Positions 26,745 through 36,214 of a stretch of DNA of 64,000 nt are shown piece by piece. Position 1 is the first letter of the stretch. Each line of letters begins with the position of its first letter. The position numbers and the translations under genes are program-made. Below the pieces are notes generated by a model. That model was not told the DNA's origin, did no database searches, and saw nothing but the letters and a program-made list of their open reading frames with translations. This DNA is from Candidatus Krumholzibacteriales bacterium (GTDB lineage: Bacteria > Krumholzibacteriota > Krumholzibacteriia > Krumholzibacteriales > WJIX01): positions 691-64,690 of the forward strand of contig JAWODM010000021.1 in NCBI GenBank assembly GCA_046483305.1. The letters run 5' to 3'.

Positions 26745-28442
26745 TTACCGCTCTGAGGCTAAAGGCAGAATCACCGTGAAGGTAGTCCCCTTGCCTTCTT
26801 CGCTCTCCACGCTCAACGAACCTCCCAGGTCCGTTACCAGCCGCTTTGCGATGGACAATCCCAGGCCGGTTCCGTCTTTGCGGGTGCTGTAGAAGTGGTC
26901 GAATATCCTCGTTTTCTCCTTTTCACTGATCCCTTCACCTGTATCTGAGACCGAAATACTGACTGCCGGGCGGTTATCATCTCCATGAGTCCCGGAGGAG
27001 GCAACGGTTATCTTCCCCGGCTTCGATACCAGGGCGTCCCGGGCGTTCTTAAGCAGATTTTCCATAACCCTCTGCAGGGCGATCGGATCTCCCTCAATTT
27101 CCGCTATCTCCCCCAGGTCCACGGAAAGCTCCACGGAATCGATACCTTCAAGGATACCGGTTGACTTCCTGATCACCCCGTTGACATCGAAACGCTCATT
27201 CCGGGTTCCGGCAGTCAGCCCGGCGTACCTGGTAGCCAGCTCTTCCAGGTAGGAGATGCTGCTCTCCAGAGAGTTCTTCCTCTCCATGAAGGTGCGCCCC
27301 AGCTCCCCGGAGTCCGTTCCGGCCAGCTGCGACAGATGCCGGAAGATATTCCTTATGGGAGCCAGCCCGTTCTTTATATCATGATTCACCTGCCTTGCCA
27401 GTTCTCCCAGAGTAGCCCGCCGTTCGGCATCCTTTATCTCTGCGGCGCTTTTTCTGAGCCGGGCGGTCATGGAATTGAGCACCCCGGAGAGTTTTCCTAT
27501 TTCATCTTCCCTGTCGGTACTGAAATCGATATCCAGGTTATCCAGGTCCAGCCGGGAGGTCTTGCCGGCCAGCTCCTCCAGTGGCCGGCTTACCCTGGCG
27601 GCCAGCCATCTCACCAGTATCACCGCCAGCGCCGTCGCCGCCACCACCACTATCAGAAACCATCTGTCGATACTTCCGAGCAACTGATCGAGCGATGCCA
27701 GGTCGTGTGATACAACAAAAGATGCTCCGGACAGCTGTTCAGCGCCCGTATCGGCAAACTCTATGGCCAGGTATCGGATTAATCTGTTATCCCCTGCTGT
27801 TTCTTCGGAAACACCTTCTTCCGGAACAGCTCCGCCCGGATATCGTAGCGAAACCGTCATTCCCCCGCTTCGGGCCATACGCCGGAGGAAAGATTCTCCA
27901 ATCCGGAATCCGCCGGTTACGGTAAAGCGCTCTCCGGACATGGTCAGCGAGTCAACCCGGGCCATGGCAACGAACGAGGAACCGGGAGAACGGGCCCTGA
28001 CCAATGCCGGGGAGGCGCCCGCCCTCGAGAGCAACCCGGGCAGCTGCGGCTCCATCCGGTCGTATTCGTTCCTGAAGTGGCCGGAGCTTATTATTTTCCC
28101 GCCCCTGTCCTGTATCTGAAGCATATCCAGCCCGGCAAGATTCATAACATCCCCGGCGTAATCCAGAAGATACCTCCTATGCGCGGGGTCCCGGTCCACT
28201 GCCGCTCTCCGGAATCTGTTGTCTTCCGATATATCCAGGCATATCTGATTCAGAGTTACCCTCAGCGATTGATCTTTTTGCTCAAGGTCCTCTTCAATCA
28301 CTGAAACCAGGGATTCAACCCGCTCCCTGTACTGGCCGGTAAGCCTTCCGGTCATCTCGCCCCGGATCAGAATTGAAAGAACGGCCACCGGCAGCAGGAC
28401 CGCCAGCAGGAAAAAGAGAGTCAAACGGGTTCTGAAAGTCAT
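26745..28442 (-). CDS. HAMP-domain sensor histidine kinase (NtrY-like)
   Basis: Two TM helices, HAMP (EDEIGKLSGVLNSMT), H-box NHDIKNGL, N-box ENLLKNA, DTGEG and GTGLGL. Confidence 0.93.
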   Translation of the reverse strand: MTFRTRLTLFFLLAVLLPVAVLSILIRGEMTGRLTGQYRERVESLVSVIEEDLEQKDQSLRVTLNQICLDISEDNRFRRAAVDRDPAHRRYLLDYAGDVMNLAGLDMLQIQDRGGKIISSGHFRNEYDRMEPQLPGLLSRAGASPALVRARSPGSSFVAMARVDSLTMSGERFTVTGGFRIGESFLRRMARSGGMTVSLRYPGGAVPEEGVSEETAGDNRLIRYLAIEFADTGAEQLSGASFVVSHDLASLDQLLGSIDRWFLIVVVAATALAVILVRWLAARVSRPLEELAGKTSRLDLDNLDIDFSTDREDEIGKLSGVLNSMTARLRKSAAEIKDAERRATLGELARQVNHDIKNGLAPIRNIFRHLSQLAGTDSGELGRTFMERKNSLESSISYLEELATRYAGLTAGTRNERFDVNGVIRKSTGILEGIDSVELSVDLGEIAEIEGDPIALQRVMENLLKNARDALVSKPGKITVASSGTHGDDNRPAVSISVSDTGEGISEKEKTRIFDHFYSTRKDGTGLGLSIAKRLVTDLGGSLSVESEEGKGTTFTVILPLASER

Positions 28443-28448
28443 CGGGGC

Positions 28449-29942
28449 CTACCTTCCGTTCGCGGGTCTGGTCACAAAGAATATACCGCCTGCCCGGTCC
28501 AGAGACAGTGCGGGGAGCTTTCTTCCGGCTATCAGGTAATATCTGATATCCACCAGAGGCATTACCGTTTCTTCGAGCCCCACTCCGGAACCGGCCAGCC
28601 ATCTCGCTTTCCCGATCAAGGCAAGCGCTTCCACGCAGCGGTCCGCCGGCTGAGAGGAAACCGGAATTATATAGGCGAAATCTCTTCCCGCCGCCAGGCT
28701 TGAATATAGCTCATCTGAACTTACTCCATAGGCCATTATCCCGGCTTTACCTATACCGGGAACAGCCCCTGCCAGCGAAGAAGCCCGGCCGTCCCCCCCA
28801 CCCGACGAAAGTGCGACCATCCTGCCCGCCAGCTCACCGGCTGTCCGGTCACTCTTATGATAGAGCACCCGCCACCCTGAATACTCAGAATTAAATCCGG
28901 GGATAAACCGGTGCTGATATCTTGTGATCCCGGCGAGCCTGGAGCAGCCCCCCAGGTTCCTGCACCAGGAGCCCGGGGTTGAACCCCGCGCTTCAGCCCT
29001 GACCGCGTTATTCGCCAGGTCTTCTCTTATTTCATCGGCCAGGCAAGTGACTTTCTCCCCGTTCCTGAGAGCGTTGACCCTGGTGGATGAAATCAGCAGA
29101 TAAGTTCTGCTCCAGGGAAGGGGCATGGAAAAAAGATTATCAACTTCGCGTGCATAGCTGACAACCGAAGGATCGGAAGTAATACTGACATCCACTCTCT
29201 CTCCCAGCCTGTCCAGAACTTCATCTCCGGGCATATAAACAAATCTGATCACCGGCCCCTGGTGGTCCCCCGAAGGTTTAATTACCATCTCCTCCCCGGA
29301 TAAGCCCTCTCCAGCTTCCACCGGTCGGTAAGGCCCCGTTCCAACGGGATATTCCGAAATGCGGAAAGACTTTGCCACATGGAAATCAGGGGCGGCGAGG
29401 ATCCGGGGAACCCTGCCGCAGGAATGATCCAGGTACAGGTTGATTACATAATCCCCCTCCGATCTGACCGAGTCTATACCTGCCCTCGCCCTGATCTCCC
29501 CGCTCAGGTTCCGGTTCCAGCTTCCGATAATATCTGAGGCCGAAAGCTCCGATCCATCCCAGAACCTGATCCCTCTTCTTATTCTGAAACTCCACATCCG
29601 CCCGCCCCGGCTGCGGCTCCATCCCGCGGCGATAAGCGGCTGCGCCTTTCCCAGGCAATCGATTGCAAACAGGGGCTGATAGAGATGGGCGAAAATCACT
29701 CTTTCGCTGTAATTAATTGCAACCGGCGCGTTTTCGCCGTCTACGGGGAAGGGCAGAGAAACAGTGACCGTATCAGGCGCCTGAACGGAGCCTTCCATCA
29801 GAATACACTCCGGGGGGAAATCCCGGACCGGCCCCGGCCGGTTGAAACTTCCGCATGAGAAGAAAATTACCCCCCCAAGCACCAGAATGCCCGTTACCAG
29901 GAGACTTCGCGGCGATATTTTATTCAAGTAAACGCTATTCAT
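28449..29942 (-). CDS. Family-5 solute-binding-protein-like lipoprotein
   Basis: FFSC lipobox; LYQPLF..PLIAAGW..WSFRIRRGIRFWDGSELSASDI; GTGPYR. Confidence 0.75.
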   Translation of the reverse strand: MNSVYLNKISPRSLLVTGILVLGGVIFFSCGSFNRPGPVRDFPPECILMEGSVQAPDTVTVSLPFPVDGENAPVAINYSERVIFAHLYQPLFAIDCLGKAQPLIAAGWSRSRGGRMWSFRIRRGIRFWDGSELSASDIIGSWNRNLSGEIRARAGIDSVRSEGDYVINLYLDHSCGRVPRILAAPDFHVAKSFRISEYPVGTGPYRPVEAGEGLSGEEMVIKPSGDHQGPVIRFVYMPGDEVLDRLGERVDVSITSDPSVVSYAREVDNLFSMPLPWSRTYLLISSTRVNALRNGEKVTCLADEIREDLANNAVRAEARGSTPGSWCRNLGGCSRLAGITRYQHRFIPGFNSEYSGWRVLYHKSDRTAGELAGRMVALSSGGGDGRASSLAGAVPGIGKAGIMAYGVSSDELYSSLAAGRDFAYIIPVSSQPADRCVEALALIGKARWLAGSGVGLEETVMPLVDIRYYLIAGRKLPALSLDRAGGIFFVTRPANGR

Positions 29943-30246
29943 TATTGGGTCACGGGGTTAAAATAAAAGATTACCTGCCCGCTTCTAAATGAAATCCGGC
30001 TTCACTATAAATTTAAGCAGGGCCGGTGTCAAAGGCAAAAGGTCCTGTTAAACTTTCATTCCAGTACCAGAGCGGGGGCTGTCAACTTAAAAGAGGGATG
30101 AAGGGGCGGCCCGGAAATCATATACAGATCCGGGTACGCGGAATCTTTTTTATCGTCATGCTCGGGAAAGATGCGGCTTCCATCCGCTCAGAAGGGCTTC
30201 GTAATAATTTCCAGAATAATCTCCGCCCTCAGTAAGTCCGGCCTCT

Positions 30247-31356
30247 CTAAAAAGCAGCGGTTTTCTCATCGAAATCCGCGCCGATCTTCAAATTGTTATC
30301 TATCCGCAAAAAGGGGGCTGAGTATCCGGTTAATTCCGCGGTCCTGTCATATCTTATGGAAAATTGCTCCTCCCCGTTCTCTTCCGCTCCGGAATGGACC
30401 GGCAGTTCACCGCTGAAATCTATCTCCCCGGAAGTTCCAAATTCTCCTGAAGGGCGCTGCCGGGCAAGCACATTGGGAACTATCATGTAGAAGGCATTCT
30501 TATACTTATCCTTTCCGGTAATCTCTGCCAGCAGGCCGGCTGCCCAGGCCGATTTTCCGTTTGCCAGTATGCCCTCCCTGAACTCCGGTATCAGGGTAAT
30601 AAAGTTGAAATAGGACTCAGCCGCAGACAGGTAATTTCTCCTGCGGAATACCTTGTACATTTCGCTCATCACCGCTGAACAGAAGGCGGGAAGCCAGGCC
30701 TTTTCTCCCTTCCGGTCAAATATATAACGGTAATAAGCTCTTTCGGAGATGTCGTCCTGACGCAGGCAGCGCCAGTTCCTGTCGAAACTCAAATCCAGGC
30801 CGGTCAGAAGGTCTGACTGTCTTTCCAGAGCCTCGCACATGAATTCAGCTGCCTTCAGCGAAGCCCCCCTGTTTCCGGTAAGCAGAAACGCCCTTCCGCA
30901 GCTGGCTGCTGTCGCCAGGTCATACCTCTCCCTGACCGAATAAACTGCCGGGCCGGTCTTGACCCCCCCGGTGAGTGAATTCTGCTGCTTGGCCAGATTC
31001 CTGCATATCATTTCCGAGAAACGGTAATCCCCCAGCATCCAGGAACCGATTGCTATCCAGCCGTCCATACAGTTAGCCAGGTTGCGCTGCATCCGGGCCA
31101 GCTCTGTCTTACGGCCGCCACGGCATAGCTGGTTCTTTTCATTGACCAGGTTTTCCCTGATAAAGTTCAAACACCTGGCGCCCTGATCCCACAGCCCCGC
31201 AACGGCAAACAGCGCAAGCGACTTGTAATAACTGGCAAGGTCAAATGAGGAGTGTTCAAAACCGCCGTCATCCCTGAGAGCCGCGGACATCCACGCGGCG
31301 CCTCTTTCGATTGAATCTGTCAGTTTCTTCTTTAGATTGCGGGTTTGTTTATTCAT
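30247..31356 (-). CDS. Hypothetical protein (possible alpha/alpha-barrel, prenyltransferase/glycosidase-like)
   Basis: 369-aa ORF with RBS; helical repeats ending in DDGGF, QRPSGEF and LAEITGKDKY. Confidence 0.55.
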   Translation of the reverse strand: MNKQTRNLKKKLTDSIERGAAWMSAALRDDGGFEHSSFDLASYYKSLALFAVAGLWDQGARCLNFIRENLVNEKNQLCRGGRKTELARMQRNLANCMDGWIAIGSWMLGDYRFSEMICRNLAKQQNSLTGGVKTGPAVYSVRERYDLATAASCGRAFLLTGNRGASLKAAEFMCEALERQSDLLTGLDLSFDRNWRCLRQDDISERAYYRYIFDRKGEKAWLPAFCSAVMSEMYKVFRRRNYLSAAESYFNFITLIPEFREGILANGKSAWAAGLLAEITGKDKYKNAFYMIVPNVLARQRPSGEFGTSGEIDFSGELPVHSGAEENGEEQFSIRYDRTAELTGYSAPFLRIDNNLKIGADFDEKTAAF

Positions 31357-31648
31357 ACCAACGACATCCCTTCCTCTCCAGGGAGACGGTTCTCATGATC
31401 AGCCATTGGTCATATCTTCACACAGCCGATATCCCTGCCTATCAGGAATACTCCACACCGGGAACTTCCAATGTCCATGCAGTATTAACCTAAACAACTA
31501 TTCTAATATTACTTATCTCTTCCCCTTATCAAAACTCACTGACCGCGAGCGGATAACCGGTACCGGCCCGGCGCCTGAAGCAACTGTTAATTTAACCGCC
31601 ACCCCTGCCGAAACAATTAACTTTGCTTTAATCCCCCATCTTTATCAG

Positions 31649-31678
31649 ATTATTACCGGAAAGGGTCAGGCCCGTCAA
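31649..31678 (-). promoter_or_regulatory. Possible sigma70 promoter about 300 nt upstream of the 31356 gene
   Basis: TTGACG-17/18 nt-TAATAA/AATAAT preceded by a T-rich tract. Confidence 0.35.
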
Positions 31679-31827
31679 TAAAAAAACAGATTGTCCTATC
31701 CCATGGGTTTTTCCATAATCTTAAACAGGAATGGCGCAGGCCCAGGCGGGCGAATAATGATCAATACCGGCGATACCACCCGCATCGGGGTTGACTCGGC
31801 GGTTCAAATCAACTGTATTTGCAGCTG

Positions 31828-32235
31828 TTACGACCTGCTTTTCTGCTCTTTCGCCAGGTCTTCCAGGGTCATCTCCCCAAGGGTTTCCTCTATCGATTCC
31901 ATAATCCTCTTCCAGAGTTGGAAGGTAGAGCATTGTGCAGTCCTGCTGCAGGCGCCCGGGTTGTCGACACACGGAACAGGGGCAAGCGAGCCCTCGGCCT
32001 TCCGGACTATCTCAAGGCTGGAGATCTTATCCGGAGATCGTGAAAGGGTATACCCCCCCTTTACTCTTGTTATGGTTCCCTCAACCCTGAATGGGCCGAT
32101 GATATGGTCCAGATATTTTAGAGAGATGCCCTGTCTGTCCGCGATATCTTTCAGCAGTACCGGGCCTTCTCCGTAATTGATCGCCAGATCAACCATCGCT
32201 CTCAGAGCGTACCTGCCTTTTGTCGACATTTTCAT
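31828..32235 (-). CDS. Rrf2 family transcriptional regulator (IscR/CymR-like, three Cys)
   Basis: STKGRYALRAMVDLA, IADRQGISLKYLDHI, GGYTLSRSP and PVPCVDNPGACSRTAQC; ATG at 32235 after GGAGG. Confidence 0.92.
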   Translation of the reverse strand: MKMSTKGRYALRAMVDLAINYGEGPVLLKDIADRQGISLKYLDHIIGPFRVEGTITRVKGGYTLSRSPDKISSLEIVRKAEGSLAPVPCVDNPGACSRTAQCSTFQLWKRIMESIEETLGEMTLEDLAKEQKSRS

Positions 32236-32383
32236 GGAAAACCCTCCGGTCAACATTCACATACCAGAATAGCCGCGTGAACTGAATGCGGATGTTCAAA
32301 TTATTCAGCTGCCGGATCAGGATTCAGGTTGCCGCCTCATGGTGAACGTCAGGACTGATGCGGCGGCAATTTTCTGTTCATAT

Positions 32384-32911
32384 TTATCCAGCAAATCCAC
32401 TATCGCTGCCCTTGACGCAGCACTCATCCGAACCCTCGAATTTACCGCATTCGGAACAGATCCTGGCGTCCCTGCCGGGCCGGGGCATGTTGCAACAGCC
32501 TGGCGAACCTTTTATCAAGCCGCAATCAGAGCATCTCGCGGCATCCTCCGCGCAGCATCTCTCACTATCTTTTTCCTCTCCGCATTCTCCGCATATTATT
32601 ACCGGAGCGTACCCGGCGGTCTCTCCGTTAGCCCTGATTCTGGCCATATATTTATCCGGGTCCTTTCTTATCTCTTCCAGGCAACCTTCACAGCAGGCAT
32701 ATACCCTCCTGCCCTTGACATCCACATAATGCTGCCTGTCTATTTTGCCTCCCATCACCGGGCAGACAGACTGCGGTTTCACCTTTACTTCCTTCTCAGC
32801 AGCCGGGCACCCCCTGTGGGGATTTTCCCTGCCGCACTGAGCGGAAAGTTCCTGGTTCATGATCATCAATACAGCGACGGCCGTTATAATTGAGAAAAGA
32901 ATCTTCTTCAT
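32384..32911 (-). CDS. Exported YHS-domain protein with Cys-rich repeat tail
   Basis: Signal peptide; QSVCPVMGGKID..GRRVYACCEGC..DPDKY (YHS); three CxxCG-x7-CC repeats; ATG at 32911 after AGGAG. Confidence 0.8.
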   Translation of the reverse strand: MKKILFSIITAVAVLMIMNQELSAQCGRENPHRGCPAAEKEVKVKPQSVCPVMGGKIDRQHYVDVKGRRVYACCEGCLEEIRKDPDKYMARIRANGETAGYAPVIICGECGEEKDSERCCAEDAARCSDCGLIKGSPGCCNMPRPGRDARICSECGKFEGSDECCVKGSDSGFAG

Positions 32912-33013
32912 CGGTTTCTCCTTTTTCTTCATTCTGGAAGCATCAGTGCGCATAGCTCTAACCAACCAGCGCTTTTCCCTAATACATCCTGAAAACCGGA
33001 ATACCGGAGCGGG

Positions 33014-33104
33014 AAAAAAGGGAATAGGCTACAGGCTCCGGAGGGGATATCCATACCTGCATCTGCCAACCGGATCTCGCAAGTCCGAAAGCAAGCCTAT
33101 TCCC
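33014..33104 (-). ncRNA. Candidate structured RNA (three-way junction) in the leader of the YHS gene
   Basis: 11-bp closing stem GGGAAUAGGCU/AGCCUAUUCCC enclosing two hairpins, followed by U6; G-U pairs favour the minus strand. Confidence 0.4.
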
Positions 33105-33409
33105 AGTGATATAATTCATCCTCAAGCCATTAACGGATCCCTGTTTAATGTTCTACGCTCTCAGATGCATTATACCGATCCTTACTGCCAGCATTCCGCT
33201 TTACTTCAGGATATTCTACCATTCCAGTAGAATTATAGAACTAATGAAATATAGAAGTGCCAGCGCGTGGTGTCAACAATTAAGTTGATTAATAATAGTT
33301 CTAAAAAGTGGTTGTCCCATACTTCTCCGTTAATATGTTTACAGAACCTTCTGCCGTGTGTTATATAGATTTATAGTCTATTTGAGTATTGGATAATAAG
33401 GGAGTCGCG

Positions 33410-34153
33410 TTGAGCTGGTATGGAAAACTGACATTCGGGTCTCTGGGGCTTTTTATGGGAGGCCCTCTGGGAGCTATAATTGGAGCCGCCATCGGCCACC
33501 ATGTGGTCGACAGAAAAGCTGATATGGCTGGCGGGGGCGGATTTAATCAGGCGGAGAAGTCCAGAGCGGCCTTTTTTGTCAGTATTTTCTCCATACTGGG
33601 ACGGATAGCGGAAGCCGACGGCGCCACCACCGAAGATGAGGTGGCGGTTGTGAATAATTTCATAGCCGGTCTTAATATCTCCGCGGATGAAAGGAATTTT
33701 GCCAGAAAGGTGTTCAGTGAAGCGAGGAACTCGCATTATTCCATCGAGGACTTTGCGTTGCAGTTCTACAGCATCAACAGGAATAACCGCAGTGTCATAA
33801 ACTCTTTCATGGACGTTCTGTTCCAGGTAGCGGCGGCAGACGGCAGGCTGCACCCCGCAGAGGAACGGGCACTGCAAAGCGTTAAAGCGGTATTTAATAT
33901 CAGCGATAGTGAATTCGAAAGCCTGAAGGCAAGGTATTTCGACGAAGCGGACAAATACTACAGGGTACTCGGATGCGCACCGGACAGTTCCGATGCCGAG
34001 ATCAGGAAAAGTTACCGGAAGCTGGTTAAGGATTTCCATCCCGACACCATCGTTTCCAAGGGCCTGCCCGAGGAATTCACCGAGTTCGCCAGCAGGCGTT
34101 TCAAGGAAATACAGGAAGCTTACGAACAGATCCGGAAGCAGAGAGGTTTTTGA
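33410..34153 (+). CDS. djlA: DjlA-like co-chaperone (TM-TerB-like-J domain)
   Basis: GGPLGAIIGAAIGH, IAEADG, VAAADG and J-domain YRKLVKDFHPD; TTG start after AGGGAG. Confidence 0.85.
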   Translation: MSWYGKLTFGSLGLFMGGPLGAIIGAAIGHHVVDRKADMAGGGGFNQAEKSRAAFFVSIFSILGRIAEADGATTEDEVAVVNNFIAGLNISADERNFARKVFSEARNSHYSIEDFALQFYSINRNNRSVINSFMDVLFQVAAADGRLHPAEERALQSVKAVFNISDSEFESLKARYFDEADKYYRVLGCAPDSSDAEIRKSYRKLVKDFHPDTIVSKGLPEEFTEFASRRFKEIQEAYEQIRKQRGF

Positions 34154-34372
34154 AAAGCTTCCCCCCTGCCGCACCCGGACTTCACAGCTAATATTTATCG
34201 AAGGATTCAGGGAAATGGAACTTTTCATACCGGCACAGGCCGGCCTGACCGGAGCAGCGATAAACAATATCCCCGGTTATTGCCCTTGAACCCCGATCCC
34301 CATGTTTTGAAAGCTGATATTCTATTTCAGGGAACTGGCGCAGGAGCATTCGGAAACGTAACGGGACAGCGT

Positions 34373-35251
34373 CTATCCCCTCCTCAATATTACATCTCCC
34401 AGGGAGGTTCCCGCGTGCCGGGCTATCACCGGGCACTTTACCAGAAACAGAAAATAGACCGGAGCGGAAGTGCCTGAGAGCGCCTCAAAGTTTCCCTGCC
34501 CCTTGCTTATTATTATATCCGCATCCCTGAAAATCTCCATGAATTCTTCAGAGCAGAAAGAGAGCACCGTCCCGGGAACATCCGAACCGGAGGAGATCAC
34601 CCGGGCAACCTTATCCAGGCCGCAGAAGAGCGCATCCTCGAGAACCGCGTCATTTATTACAGGCCGGCCCTTGACTGCGTATACAACATCCTTCCGCCTG
34701 CCGGTATCATTTATCCGCTCGATGAGGATCCGGTCGAAAGCGGTCTCTCCAGCGTTATCTGCAAGGTAAAGAACCTTCTCGGCCCTGCCCAGGTCCTTCC
34801 TGAACCGCTCAAAATCAAAATCCCCGCTGATTTCCCTCTGTATGGACTTTTCCTCGCGGTGGATGATTTCAGAGAGCTTCCCCTCCAGATCGATGGAGTC
34901 CCTGGAAACGTAATCTATCACGTTGCCGGCTATCGCCAGCTCCACCGCAGCAAGAAGGGGGTCCTCCGATTGGGCCGCTCTGGCCCTCAGTTCAGGGAAA
35001 ACTTTCATGGCCATACGGTTGCTTATGAGCTTTTCATCCCGGTATGGGTCCTCCACGCCAGTTCTTTCCCTTATCATGCCGTAGATATTCCTGGCCATTT
35101 CAACAGGAGGCCTGGAGAGCGGAAAAGCCGGTATAATCCTGGCGGTTTCATCCATTATTTCCTTCTGCTGAATCTCATCCGCGCCGCTCTTTCTCGCCGC
35201 GACCAGGGCCTGCTTGTAAAAACATGGGATACAATCCAGATATGTCTTCAT
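34373..35251 (-). CDS. Damage-control phosphatase, ARMT1/DUF89 family
   Basis: DCIPC, DPY, AIAGNVID, YLADNAGE, PVINDA, SKGQGNFEAL and VKCPV motifs. Confidence 0.92.
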   Translation of the reverse strand: MKTYLDCIPCFYKQALVAARKSGADEIQQKEIMDETARIIPAFPLSRPPVEMARNIYGMIRERTGVEDPYRDEKLISNRMAMKVFPELRARAAQSEDPLLAAVELAIAGNVIDYVSRDSIDLEGKLSEIIHREEKSIQREISGDFDFERFRKDLGRAEKVLYLADNAGETAFDRILIERINDTGRRKDVVYAVKGRPVINDAVLEDALFCGLDKVARVISSGSDVPGTVLSFCSEEFMEIFRDADIIISKGQGNFEALSGTSAPVYFLFLVKCPVIARHAGTSLGDVILRRG

Positions 35252-35416
35252 CAGTGCTCTCCATTATTACAGATCGCCTGTTATACAGCTTCTGAAAGAT
35301 AGAAGTTAAGTAAAAGAGCTCCCGAATACAAACGTTCTCTGAATAGACTTGACCGCAACCTTTCATAAACGATAAAATGCCGGTAATAAGCCGAAAGATT
35401 ATAAGGGAGGTAGATA

Positions 35417-35719
35417 ATGCCTGATTTCGGACACTCATTTTCAGGACTGGCAAACGGCAGGAAGCTTACCGACGAAGAGCTTATCCGCGCTATCCGTTTC
35501 ATGATCGCGGCCGAATACGAAGCGATACAGCTCTATATGCAGCTCGCCGAATCGACTGACAATAAGCTGGCCATCGAGGTATTGAAGGATATCGCTGATG
35601 AGGAGAGAGTCCATGCCGGCGAATTCCTCAGGCTGCTGAGAGAACTGGCGCCCGACGAGGAGGGTTTCTACTCTGAGGGAGCCGAAGAGGTAGAAGAAGA
35701 GATAGAAAAACTGAGCTGA
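35417..35719 (+). CDS. Short ferritin-like/rubrerythrin-family protein
   Basis: AEYEAIQLY and DIADEERVHAGEF di-iron motifs; GGAGG RBS. Confidence 0.88.
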   Translation: MPDFGHSFSGLANGRKLTDEELIRAIRFMIAAEYEAIQLYMQLAESTDNKLAIEVLKDIADEERVHAGEFLRLLRELAPDEEGFYSEGAEEVEEEIEKLS

Positions 35720-35751
35720 TATAAGGATATTTTTCCGCCGGAGATGCCGGA

Positions 35752-36078
35752 ATGAAAAGGCTGCTTAAAATTCTTGCAACAGCGGCTGTTCACCTGATTG
35801 TAACTATATGGTCTGTAATGAAAACCTTTCAGATGAGCGGATTCTTTTTCGGCGTATATCCCAGGCCATATGAAGGTCCGTTCCGTTCCTTTATAACCAA
35901 CCTTTCCAGAGTGCTGCTCTTTCCGCTGGGCAATCTGGCGATGAGGCTCCCCGCCGATGCCGAATTTGCCGGTTGGACGCTGGTTATCATCAACAGCCTG
36001 TTATGGGCGCTGATACTCTATTATGCCGTCCACGGCATCCTGGCAGTGGCCGCAAAGAGCCATCAGAGCGGTAACTGA
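35752..36078 (+). CDS. Small membrane protein
   Basis: 108-aa ORF with GGAG RBS and two hydrophobic segments. Confidence 0.6.
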   Translation: MKRLLKILATAAVHLIVTIWSVMKTFQMSGFFFGVYPRPYEGPFRSFITNLSRVLLFPLGNLAMRLPADAEFAGWTLVIINSLLWALILYYAVHGILAVAAKSHQSGN

Positions 36079-36122
36079 TTTATCTACAATTGTTCCCCTC
36101 GGGTTGTGCGCAAAATATTTCC

Positions 36123-36139
36123 TTGACAGATTAGGTCAA
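36123..36139. promoter_or_regulatory. Inverted repeat TTGAC-N7-GTCAA overlapping a -35 box
   Basis: TTGACAGATTAGGTCAA upstream of the P460 gene; left arm is TTGACA. Confidence 0.45.
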
Positions 36140-36214
36140 TAAGCCGAAAATCGGTTTTAGGATCTCAAACCCCGCGGGATAACAACAGTCACTTGAAAGA
36201 GAAAGGAATATGGC

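Noticed and set aside
33371-34267. 298-aa minus-strand ORF
   Set aside because: Antisense to djlA
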